Source: Candidatus Krumholzibacteriota bacterium
Lineage (GTDB): Bacteria > Krumholzibacteriota > Krumholzibacteriia > JAJRXK01
DNA: 64,000 nt
Direction of reading: 5' to 3'
Assembly (NCBI GenBank): GCA_963806035.1
Contig: CAWDWO010000039.1
Span: 32,001 to 96,000, forward strand
In this document: positions 37,962 through 46,386 of the stretch, one piece after another
How the letters are laid out: the number at the start of each line of letters is the position of its first letter
Numbering within the stretch: position 1 is the first letter of the stretch
Made by a program: the position numbers and the translations under genes
Notes under the pieces: model-generated
The model's input: only the letters and a program-made list of their open reading frames with translations
Told to the model about the DNA's origin: nothing
Databases searched by the model: none

Positions 37962-38888
37962 CTAGACCGCCCCGCTGGCCCGGCTCTCCCTCGCGGGCGG
38001 ATTCACTTCGTACTCTGAAAAATCGTGGTTGGCGTAGGCATCGCAGCGCGAACAGAGATGGAGGAGTTCGCGCCGGCCGTCGTTGAGAAGCTCGCGCACC
38101 GCGTCGTACTGCGGAGACTTCCAGATCTCCATGACGGAATGAGTGGTGACGTCGCCGATCACGCCGCGCTCGACAGGATCCCAACAGCAGAGGGTGGCCT
38201 TCCCGTCGCTATAAAAGTACATGGCGTCCGTCATCTTCCAGCAGGGCTTGCGCACGCAACTCTCTTGTCCCTGCCAGGGCCACTGGTAGAGTTCGGTGAT
38301 CAGAACCTCCGAGCAGCGCGGCTCCCAGTAGGCGCGGAAAGCCTCGTGTTCGTGGCGGTTTTCCGGCATGTCGATCATCCGCACTTCGGTCTTGCAACTC
38401 TCCTCGTAGCCGCCCTCGCGCCAGATTTCCAGGAAGCGGGTGGTGCGTTCCTTGACGCGCTCGTAATTCAGTCCCACGCGGCTGGGCGCGTAGACCTCCG
38501 GGCTGAAACCGTCGATCGAAAATCGCATGACGTCGACACCGATGTCCAGGATCTCCCGGTCGAGCTCATCGTTGAGTAGACTGCCGTTGGTGTTGAACTC
38601 GATCTTGGCCGTGGGGTCCTGGCGGATGTAGCGCATGATCTCGGGCATCCGCTTGTCCACGAAGGGTTCGTTGATGAGGAAGGGGCGATACACCATTCCC
38701 ATGCCGCGCGTCTCGTCCACGATCTTCTTCCACACCCAATCGTGCATCTTGGCGGGGTCGCGCTGGACTTCGTGCTGGGGACAGAAGGGGCACTTGGCAT
38801 TGCAGACGATCACCGTCTCCATCTGGACGTAGCGCGGCGCCTCTGCATAGGGCATGCGCCAACGGGTGGACGTTCGGGTCTTGGCCAT
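37962..38888 (-). CDS. Radical SAM protein with SPASM/twitch domain
   Basis: CNAKCPFC, NEP, TNG, SIDG; C-terminal C..DGKATLCCWD..IGDV..EIW..CSRC. Confidence 0.88.
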   Translation of the reverse strand: MAKTRTSTRWRMPYAEAPRYVQMETVIVCNAKCPFCPQHEVQRDPAKMHDWVWKKIVDETRGMGMVYRPFLINEPFVDKRMPEIMRYIRQDPTAKIEFNTNGSLLNDELDREILDIGVDVMRFSIDGFSPEVYAPSRVGLNYERVKERTTRFLEIWREGGYEESCKTEVRMIDMPENRHEHEAFRAYWEPRCSEVLITELYQWPWQGQESCVRKPCWKMTDAMYFYSDGKATLCCWDPVERGVIGDVTTHSVMEIWKSPQYDAVRELLNDGRRELLHLCSRCDAYANHDFSEYEVNPPARESRASGAV

Positions 38889-39021
38889 GGCCTCGCTCCT
38901 GACGATCGAAAGGGGGAATCCGCGCTCGCGGTGAGAAATCCGTGCGGTCTGCTAGCCCCATTCAAGGTCACGGCAGCCCGCGGCGCAAGGACTGTGGGTC
39001 AATTTTCTGTGGAATCAGCGC

Positions 39022-40400
39022 TCACGAGGCTCGAGGTGCCGACTTGAAGACCGTTTCACGTAGGAGTGCGACGCTGGCCTCGGTTGCTCCGTTCTGGGAA
39101 AGCACGAATTCGCGGGCACTTTCTCCCGCCCGCGCGCGGGCAGCTTCGTCGTGGAGCAGATTGGCGAGCACGCTCTGCGCATCCTGTGGTGTTTTCAGCA
39201 CGAAGCCAGCGCCGTGCTCCACCAGCCGTTCGGCTTCGTAAGCGTTGTGAATGCGGGGGCCGAAGAGTACCGGTTGACCGCAGACCGCCGGCTCCAGCAC
39301 GTTGTGCACTCCGGTCGAGAAACTTCCCCCGACGTAGGACAGGATGGTCGAGCGATAGATGTCGGCCAGAACCCCTACTGCATCCACCACGATGCAGCGC
39401 CAGCAGCTCGGGTCTTTGGCGGCGGCGGTGGAACGGCGCTGGTGGGTACTCAGCTCGATGAGCTGGCTCAGGCGGGTCGAGGCCAAACCCGCGCTCGACA
39501 CTGCGTTCTCGAGCTCTTCCAGATGTTCGGGAGTGGGCTCGTGAGGCACGAGAATGGCTCCCAGAGCCTCGTCTCTCTTCAGCTCGTTCAGAGCGGGAGG
39601 AAGGATACAGGGAAGGTCGGTGGGCCAGACGCTTCCCAGAGCCAGATAGCGGTACTGGTTTCCCTGGAGAAGTCTCGACAGGGGCCCACCCTCCGCTTGG
39701 CGATAGCGGTGTACGACCTGATCGGTACGCGTATCGCCGGTGACCTGAATGGGAGCCGTGGTCTGGAGCTGTTCACTGAAGCGCTTCGCATCGTCCTCGC
39801 TGATGGCCCCGATCGCGTCGAAGCAATCGAAGAGTCTTCCGTAAAAATTGCGCGCCACGAAGCCCAGCCGGTAGCTCTTGCGGTGCAGAGTGGCGTCCAG
39901 GAGAAAGAGCGGCACTTTGCGGCGGCGAGCGGCCCAGATCAGGTTGGGCCAGCAGTCGAACTTCACGAAGACGAGCGCGCGCGGGCGCACGATGGCCACC
40001 ATGCGCCAGGCCGCCAGCCAACTGTCCAGCGGCAGGTATTCGAGATGATCGAAGTCCTGGTGGCCGAGCGCGAAATTATAGCCCGAAGGAGAGAAGACGC
40101 TGACGAGCAGCGGGAGATTCTCGCCCCGCTGACGCGCTTCCTCGCGTAATGCGCGCAAGATGGGGCGAGCTTGTTCGTACTCCCCACGCTGCTCGCATGA
40201 AACCACACCGCGCCCTGCACCTTCGACTTCGCCGCTTCCAGTCGCCGCCAGAGGCCGCGACGCCCGCGCTCTCCCTGGCGCGCTTTCTCGCTGGAGAAGC
40301 GCGAGAGATGGAATCCGGCCGAGATGATCGGCGCCGCCATCGCGTTGTAGAGGCAGAACCACCCGGGTGAGATTCCTTTGGGCTCAGGGTCGCGCTTCAT
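39022..40400 (-). CDS. waaA: 3-deoxy-D-manno-octulosonic acid (Kdo) transferase, frameshifted near 40183
   Basis: VWFHASSVG|EYEQ split across two frames at a G run; YLPLD, WPNL, YVGGSF, HNVLEPA, FGP. Confidence 0.88.
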
Positions 40401-41386
40401 GTCCAGTTCTCCTCGAGAATTCGGATGACTCGATCCGAGTCGCTGAGCAAGAGACAGTATTCCTGCTCCATGTGGCAGGGGCGAGCCCCGTTGCGCGAGC
40501 AGGGCCGGCACGGGAGCTCGTTCTCCACGACTCTGCTGCGTGGATCCAGAGGAAAGTAGCCCAACTCGCGACTGGTGGGACCGAACACGGCCAGCACCGG
40601 AGTGCCCGCGGCCTCGCTCAGGTGCATCAATCCGCTGTCGTTGCACAGCAAGACTCGACAGCGCGACAAGAGAGCCGCGAGCGCGCGCAGCTCGAGTTCT
40701 CCCGCGCAGACGCGCGCCTCGCGCGGCAGCAGGGAGGCCATCTCCTGGCACAGCTCGCGTTCTTGCTCACTGCCCAGGATCACCACCTCGCCGTGTCCTT
40801 CGCGCTGCCAGTGCGCCGCCACTTCGCTGAAGCGTTCGAGGGGCCACTGTTTCGTTGCGTGCCGTGAACCGGGAGCGACGGCCAGGAAGGGGCGCTCGCT
40901 GCCGCCCAGGATGGCGGTGGCGGAGGCGTGGTCTTTCTCGCGCAACTGTAGAGTGGGCCGGACACTCTTGCCCTCGGCCCCGGCGAGGGCCAGATAGCGA
41001 TCGACCTGGTGCCGGGTCGGGGGAGTGGCGACCCGCGTTCGCAAGAAGAGCAGGCGCGCCGCAGTGTCCTTCGCGATGCGCTTCACCGGCGTTCCCGCCA
41101 GCGCCAGGCACAGCAAGCGGCTGCGCAGGCTGCCGTGGGCGTCCAGGACGAGATCGAATTCCACAGTTTGCAGCTCTCGCGCGAGGCCGCGCAGTCCGCC
41201 GGACTCGTGGCTCAGCCGGAGAACGCGGTCCAGGCGCGTGTCATCCTCGAAGAGGGGGGCGTAGTCGGGTTTGGTGGCCAGCCAAATTTCGTGCTTCGGC
41301 CAGCGCGTACGCAACTCATCGACGAGGGCTCCGAGAAGCACCACATCGCCCAGGGAGCTGAAGCGGAGGATCAGAATACGTTGCAT
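40397..41386 (-). CDS. GT9 LPS heptosyltransferase-family protein
   Basis: RFSSLGDVV, APGS..TKQWP, NDSGLMHL, AVFGPT, LPCRPC. Confidence 0.9.
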   Translation of the reverse strand: MQRILILRFSSLGDVVLLGALVDELRTRWPKHEIWLATKPDYAPLFEDDTRLDRVLRLSHESGGLRGLARELQTVEFDLVLDAHGSLRSRLLCLALAGTPVKRIAKDTAARLLFLRTRVATPPTRHQVDRYLALAGAEGKSVRPTLQLREKDHASATAILGGSERPFLAVAPGSRHATKQWPLERFSEVAAHWQREGHGEVVILGSEQERELCQEMASLLPREARVCAGELELRALAALLSRCRVLLCNDSGLMHLSEAAGTPVLAVFGPTSRELGYFPLDPRSRVVENELPCRPCSRNGARPCHMEQEYCLLLSDSDRVIRILEENWT

Positions 41387-41574
41387 CGTAGGGTTTCGGG
41401 GCAATCTCGCCGCGATTGGGGCAGGGTAGGGAGTACTTTGCGAAGTGTCAACGTGACGCCTGCCACGCGAGCTGCCGCCCTGAGGCTTGTGGAGCCCGGG
41501 TGGTCCGTCTATGCTGCCCCGGTACAGGCCTTTGCGTTGGCCTCTTTTCGGCGCTATCACGGGGTCCTGCATTC

Positions 41575-42820
41575 TTGCCCGCTCTTCTTCTCAACGACCT
41601 GCTGCCAATCCTGGTTCTTTTGGGCCTCTCGGCCATTTTCAGCGGGGCGGAGACCGCCATCTTCAGTCTCAGGGAACTGGAATTGGACGAAATGGGGCAG
41701 CTCAAGGGCGCGCCGAGACTGGCGGCCTCCCTGGCGCGGCGACCCAATCGCACCCTCATCACGCTTATTGCTCTCCAACATGGTGGCCAACGTTCTGCTG
41801 GCGACGCTGGCCACCGCGATCTTCTTGCGGGTGATGGGTCCGATCGGAATGACCATCTCCATCCCGGTCGTCACCGCCGTGCTCTTGCTCTTTGGCGAAA
41901 TCGTGCCCAAAACGATCGGGCTGCGCGGCAGCCGCCGTCTCGCGACGACGGTCGCGCCTCTGGTCGATCTTCTGGCGCGCGTTCTCTACCCGGTTCGCAT
42001 TCTCATGGAGCTCGTCACGTCGCGCCTCGGCACTTCCAAGCTCCCTTCACGTCTCAGCCGTTCCGAGCTGGGGATTCTCCTGAGCATCGCGGGAGAGGAG
42101 GGGCTCTTTTCGGCATTCGAAACGAAGGTCCTCACCAGCGCGCTGCACCTGGGCGACACGCCCATCGAACGTCTCCTGCGACCCCGAGTGGAGGTCGTGG
42201 GAGTGGAGCGAACGGCTACTCTGCAAGAAGCTGAAGAGATCTTCGAAAAAAGCGGCTACAGCCGGCTTCCCGTGTACGAGGAAACGCTCGACCACGTGGT
42301 GGGGGTTCTCTATCTGAAAGATCTTCTGACCGCCCGCGATCGCAGCCGCGCGAGGGGAGTCGAGGAATTCATGCACGAGCCCTTCTTCGTCCCGCAGAGC
42401 AAGGCGGCGGACGAGTTGTTCGCCGAATTCCAGTCTCTCCGTGTTCATTTCGCGGTGGTGGTGGGAGAACACGGCGGGATGGAGGGCATCGTGACCATGG
42501 AAGACGTGGCCGAGGAGCTGGTGGGACAGATCGGGGACGAGAGCGACGTGGTCAAGGTGCGCCTGGAGGTGTTGGCTCACGACACCTGGCGAGTCGATGC
42601 GGGGATCGAATTGGAGGAGTTGGGGGAGGCGCTCGGCGTACCCATCGGTGAAGGACTCGACGCGGTCACCCTGGCCGGCTTTCTGGGTGAAACTCTGGGA
42701 AGAGTTCCACAAGCGGGTGACGTCTTGGAGCACGAGGGACTGCGCTTTCGTGTGCTCACCGCGCGCCCGAACCGTCCTCTTTTGGTGCGGGTGACGCGCC
42801 GCGGGAGGCGCGTGCGATGA
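41575..42820 (+). CDS. Hemolysin/CNNM (DUF21-CBS-CorC) protein 1, frameshifted near 41767
   Basis: SAIFSGAETAIFSL in one frame; FGEIVPK, YSRLPVY, FVP, GIVTMEDVAEELVGQI and CorC domain in the next frame; start uncertain. Confidence 0.8.
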
Positions 42821-43830
42821 GTTGGCTCGTGAGCTGGATTTTCATGCTGGTCAGCGTGGCCGTGAACGGCTTCTTCGCCGGCAGCGAGACGGCCTACACC
42901 ACGGCATCGCGGGTGCGAGTGATGGATCACGCGCAGCGCAAACGACGCGGCGCCGAACTCGCGGTGCGCCTGCTGAAGGACAGAGAAAGCGTCATCGTCA
43001 CTTCCCTCATCGGAAACAACTTGGCAGTCGTGGTGGGAACGGCCATCGCCACCTCAGCGTTCTTGACGCGTTTTGGAGCCCGGGGAGAAATTCTCGCCGC
43101 CACGACCATGGCGGCGCTCAACATCGTCTTCGGTGAGATTCTGCCCAAGTCCTTCTTCCGAGCCCACGCGGAAGCCGCGTGCCTGCGGGCGGCGCCCCTG
43201 ATCCTGTTTTCCGAGCGCGCTCTCGCTCCGGTGCGCTGGGCGAGCGCCATTCTGTCGCGCGGCATCCTGTGGATCCTGCGCATGAACCAGCACCAGGCCG
43301 AGCTGACCCTCACCCGCGAGCGGGTGCTCAGGACTTTCCAAAAATCGGCGGCGCACGACGAGATCGATGAAGAGGAGAGGCGTTTTCTCAGTCGCACCAT
43401 CGCCTCTTCCAGGACCCCCCTGCGGGCACTGTGCGTTCCGGTGGAGAACCTGAGCTGGCTGAACGAGGATTCGCGAGTCGAGGATGCCCTGGACCTGGTG
43501 CGTGTTCAGGGCCACAGCCGCTTGCCGGTACGGGATGCGGAGGGCCGCGTGCTGGGAATCGTTTTGTTCAAGGATCTTCTCCACCGGGGACCGAAGGAGC
43601 CAGTCCTGGAACTCGTACGGGAGGTGCTGCGACTGGATGGGCGCATGCGCCTGGACGAGGGTATCATGGCTTTTACCAACGCGCGGGAAAACCTCGGCGT
43701 GGTGATGGACGATGAAGGCGGGGCGAAAGGAATCGTCACCCTCGAGGATCTTCTCGAGCCGCTCCTGGGCGACATCGCCGACGAACACGATCCATTGCCC
43801 GAACCCGACTTCGATCTGCAGAGTGCGTGA
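42817..43830 (+). CDS. CNNM (DUF21-CBS) protein 2
   Basis: GFFAGSETA, LIGNN, FGEILPK, HSRLPV, GIVTLEDLLE. Confidence 0.88.
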   Translation: MSWLVSWIFMLVSVAVNGFFAGSETAYTTASRVRVMDHAQRKRRGAELAVRLLKDRESVIVTSLIGNNLAVVVGTAIATSAFLTRFGARGEILAATTMAALNIVFGEILPKSFFRAHAEAACLRAAPLILFSERALAPVRWASAILSRGILWILRMNQHQAELTLTRERVLRTFQKSAAHDEIDEEERRFLSRTIASSRTPLRALCVPVENLSWLNEDSRVEDALDLVRVQGHSRLPVRDAEGRVLGIVLFKDLLHRGPKEPVLELVREVLRLDGRMRLDEGIMAFTNARENLGVVMDDEGGAKGIVTLEDLLEPLLGDIADEHDPLPEPDFDLQSA

Positions 43831-45460
43831 TCCCCTACTGAAAGGACCGGCCCTGGCTTCCCCCCGCGCATTCCTTCGCTCTTGCAGCGTCCTCTCGGCC
43901 CTGGCCGTCCTCTTGACTCTGGCGAGTGTGAGCCGAGCCGCGGACGAGATCGGCCCCATGCGCCTGGGCTTGCCGGGTCTCTGGAACGCCATCGTGAGTG
44001 CGGACCTCTCCGATGCTCCCCTGCGCTTCGGTTTCAGCGCAAGCCACGGCATCATCGACGACGGGCACGGATTCGTGGACCCCACGTTCTTGCCGGGGCT
44101 CACCACCGAGGAACTCAGGTTCGAGTTCTCACTCCGCGTGTCGCATCTCGCCACTCTGTCGGCCTCGATGCCGTGGCGGCGTTACGAGATCGCCGAGGGG
44201 GGCAGGGCCGCGCCCTTCAGCGCCAGCGGAAAAGGGGATTTTCAGGCCAGCGCGTTCGTGCCCGCGCTCAGTCTGGCTCGGCATCGCTTGAATACAGGAT
44301 TTTGGGGAAGTCTTCGACTGCCGACCGGAAATTCAGACAGGGGCTTGAGTACCGGCGCACGGGAGGGTGAATTCGGTTTCGCGACGACTTTGAAGATGTT
44401 CGAAGATTCGAACATGCCCCCGACGCGCCTCACTCTGAACTTGGGATACCGGATCAACAGGAATGACCGCGACGGCTACGGCAATCTGACAGGAAGTTAC
44501 GCGCGGCCGGATTCCACGGGGGTGTTTTCGCCCCAGTATCCACCCCTCGCCGTCGACGAACGAGGCCGCGACAACGATCAGCTGCTCTTGCGCGCGGGAG
44601 TGGAAGTCCGTCGCGACTGGGCCCACCTCTTTCTGGAGTATTCCGCCGATTGGCTCGCGTGGTACCCGGACGCCTCCTACCGCGAGAGCGCGTCGTGGAT
44701 CACGCCGGGCATCTACCTTGGTTCGCCGGCAAGCCTGGCCTTCAAGGCCTCCTGGGCCATCGGTCTGTGGACCGACGAAGCCAGGACCAGCTACGTGCCG
44801 CGCGTCCCCGATTGGATTTTCAGCGCGGGTATTTCCTATCCCTTCTTCCTGGGCACGAGGGACAGAGACGGGGACGGGATTCCCGACAAGCGCGACGGCT
44901 GCGTGGATCAGCCCGAAGATCACGACGGATTCCAGGACGAGGACGGATGCCCCGATTACGACAACGACGGCGACGGCATTCCGGATCGCCAGGACCTGGC
45001 GCCCGATCAGCCCGAGGACTACGACGGCTTCGAGGATCAGGACGGCGTTCCCGATCTCGATAACGACGGCGATGGCATCCCCGACATTCGCGACGCCTGT
45101 CCCAACGATCCCGAGGATTTCAACGGATTCTTGGACAATGACGGTTGCCCCGACGGCGTGCACGATCTCGACGGGGACGGCATTCCCGACTCCAAAGACA
45201 TCTGCCCCAGGGAGGCCGAGGACCTGGATGGCTTCGAGGACGACGACGGATGCCCCGATCTAGACAACGACCTCGACGGCATTCCCGATACGCAGGACAA
45301 GTGTCCTCTGCAGGCGGAGGACTACAACGGAATTGAGGACGACGACGGTTGTCCCGACGCCGTGGTTCCGCCGCCAGCCCGCATGGAAAAGTCCGGAGAG
45401 TCCCCGGAGAAGTCCAAGGACTCCTCCAAGAAAAGCAAAGAAGACTCCTCCAAAAGCTGA
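43823..45460 (+). CDS. Secreted/outer-membrane protein with thrombospondin type-3-like Ca-binding repeats
   Basis: Signal peptide; barrel-like N-region (GKGDF..LRLPTG..GLSTG) ending SAGISYPF; five DxDGDGIPD..CP..ED.DGF.D.DGCPD repeats. Confidence 0.8.
   Translation: MRDPLLKGPALASPRAFLRSCSVLSALAVLLTLASVSRAADEIGPMRLGLPGLWNAIVSADLSDAPLRFGFSASHGIIDDGHGFVDPTFLPGLTTEELRFEFSLRVSHLATLSASMPWRRYEIAEGGRAAPFSASGKGDFQASAFVPALSLARHRLNTGFWGSLRLPTGNSDRGLSTGAREGEFGFATTLKMFEDSNMPPTRLTLNLGYRINRNDRDGYGNLTGSYARPDSTGVFSPQYPPLAVDERGRDNDQLLLRAGVEVRRDWAHLFLEYSADWLAWYPDASYRESASWITPGIYLGSPASLAFKASWAIGLWTDEARTSYVPRVPDWIFSAGISYPFFLGTRDRDGDGIPDKRDGCVDQPEDHDGFQDEDGCPDYDNDGDGIPDRQDLAPDQPEDYDGFEDQDGVPDLDNDGDGIPDIRDACPNDPEDFNGFLDNDGCPDGVHDLDGDGIPDSKDICPREAEDLDGFEDDDGCPDLDNDLDGIPDTQDKCPLQAEDYNGIEDDDGCPDAVVPPPARMEKSGESPEKSKDSSKKSKEDSSKS
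44860..45358 (+). repeat. Five tandem ~33-aa TSP3-like coding repeats
   Basis: Recurring gacggcattccc(gac/gat)...gaggac...gacgg...cccga units at about 99-105 nt spacing. Confidence 0.85.
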
Positions 45461-45482
45461 ATCACGGAGGAGGGGGCTGAGC

Positions 45483-46271
45483 TCAGAACGGCCGGTCGTT
45501 GGCCTTGCTCTCCTCCCAGTAGCGGAACATCTCCTCGCGGCTCAAGTCCTTCACCTTCTTGCCCTCGCGCGCACAGCGCTCCTCCATTTCGCGAAAGCGG
45601 CGCGCGAACTTGCGGTTGGTGCCGCTCAAGCAACTCTCGGGATCGAGATCGAGTTTGCGCGCGAGCTGAGTCGCGGCGAAGAGAATGTCCCCCATCTCAT
45701 CGCGGATTCGTTCCTTGCTCTGGCCCTTCCGTGCCTCTTGAAGTTCCTCGATCTCCTCTTTCAATTTGTGCAGCACTTCAGCGGGATCGTTCCAGTCAAA
45801 GCCGGTATCGGCCGCGCTCTGGCCGAAGATGAGAGCCTGACGCAGGGCTGAGCTCGAGGCCGAGAGATGTTTCAATGCCCCGGCTCGCTCGCGCTTCTTC
45901 TTGCCTTCCTTCGCCTTCTCGCGCTTCCAGATGGCTTGAGCCTCGCTCGCGGTGGTCGCGTTCTCTTCGCCGAACACGTGGGGCTTGCGCCGGATGAGCT
46001 TCTGGGCACCCGCCTCGGCCAGTTCTTCCAGTGTCACTCCGGTCTTTTCGGACAGAAGCAGCCAATTGAAACAGACCATGTAGAGCAGGTCCGCCAGTTC
46101 TTCCCTCAGCTCCTCGGGATCGCCCCCGGCGCTCGCTTCCACATATTCGAAGACTTCGTCCTGGAGGAAGCGCGCCGCGCTGGGAAGTGTCTGTTGCTGG
46201 TCCCAGGGGCAACCCTCTGGACCGCGCAGACGTTGCAGGACTTCGATCAGGGCAGTGAGGGAATGTTCCAC
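45483..46271 (-). CDS. mazG: Nucleoside triphosphate pyrophosphohydrolase MazG
   Basis: LRGPEGCPWD, EELADLL, RRKPHVFG, GFDW, EMGDILF, KFARRF. Confidence 0.92.
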   Translation of the reverse strand: MEHSLTALIEVLQRLRGPEGCPWDQQQTLPSAARFLQDEVFEYVEASAGGDPEELREELADLLYMVCFNWLLLSEKTGVTLEELAEAGAQKLIRRKPHVFGEENATTASEAQAIWKREKAKEGKKKRERAGALKHLSASSSALRQALIFGQSAADTGFDWNDPAEVLHKLKEEIEELQEARKGQSKERIRDEMGDILFAATQLARKLDLDPESCLSGTNRKFARRFREMEERCAREGKKVKDLSREEMFRYWEESKANDRPF

Positions 46272-46386
46272 CGAACTCCCTTTCCACAAGGCTGGTTTGA
46301 CCCGGAAGGAGGAGCACGTTAAGCTTCTCCTCTGTCTCTGATTTCTCCAAACAGCCCTTCAGGGCCCGGCAGGGGCCGGATGGATT

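Noticed and set aside
39022..40400. waaA and glmM as true pseudogenes
   Set aside because: Each has a single indel with all motifs intact in a normally essential gene, so sequencing error is more parsimonious.
44860..45358. Periodic DNA repeats that could suggest a CRISPR array
   Set aside because: They are degenerate in-frame coding repeats (TSP3-like), with no identical repeats separated by unique spacers and no cas genes.
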